NCBI GenBank assembly: GCA_964016885.1
Contig: OZ024759.1
Location: forward strand, 12,462,001-12,526,000
Length of the DNA: 64,000 nucleotides
From: Eledone cirrhosa
Lineage: Eukaryota
Direction: 5' to 3'
Shown: in pieces, positions 63,791-64,000 of the stretch
How positions within the stretch are numbered: the stretch's first letter is position 1
Layout of the letters: each line of letters begins with the position of its first letter
The notes under the pieces: generated by a model
Databases searched by the model: none
Seen by the model: only the letters and a program-made list of their open reading frames with translations
Told to the model about the DNA's origin: nothing
Position numbers and translations under genes: made by a program

Positions 63791-63911
63791 TATATAGAAA
63801 TTACTTCTACAGGACTAAAACTGTTTCCATTCGTTTGAAATCATCAGGGTTGTTCTGATGATTTCAAACAAATGAAACAGTTCTAGTCCTGTAGAAGTAA
63901 TTTCTATATAT
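63791..63911. ncRNA. Palindromic insert with hammerhead cores on both strands (family of 15443)
   Basis: Plus strand: CUGAUGA uuucaaacaaau GAAA CAG uucuaguc CUG UA gaa; mirror copy at 63805-63850. Confidence 0.62.
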
Positions 63912-64000
63912 AGATAAATAGGTAGATGTATGTTTAGGGAGACACGGCATACAAACCAATACAATATCACATACATTATCATACATAAACCATAAACACC

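Overview
AT-rich, repeat-dense animal genomic DNA; the SINE and microsatellite content suggests a coleoid cephalopod such as Octopus (inference). The window holds the first five coding exons of TMEM39 on the minus strand (ATG at 23718, gene runs off the left edge). It probably also holds the 5' end of a divergently transcribed plus-strand gene, with RFX X-box promoter candidates at about 26.76 kb and 39.48 kb and a coding exon at 52642-52794. The rest is mobile DNA and tandem repeats: a 5'-truncated Penelope-like element (PLE; RT plus GIY-YIG) with 181-bp inverted termini, a second rearranged PLE fragment, an L1/Tx1-like LINE with several 3' fragments, RTE-like fragments, two tRNA-derived SINE families, a TTAA-flanked piggyBac-like MITE family and a decayed DD37D/maT transposon. 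Two window-wide patterns stand out. (1) About a dozen minimal type-I hammerhead-ribozyme motifs from several sequence families sit mostly in short palindromic inserts beside (TA)n tracts; one is in the pLTR of the coding PLE and two are in sense orientation in TMEM39 intron 1. (2) Most kb-scale minisatellites are amplifications of a 44-78 bp window inside a single MITE, SINE or LINE copy whose flanks remain. Coordinates and copy numbers were read by eye, and no database searches were run.
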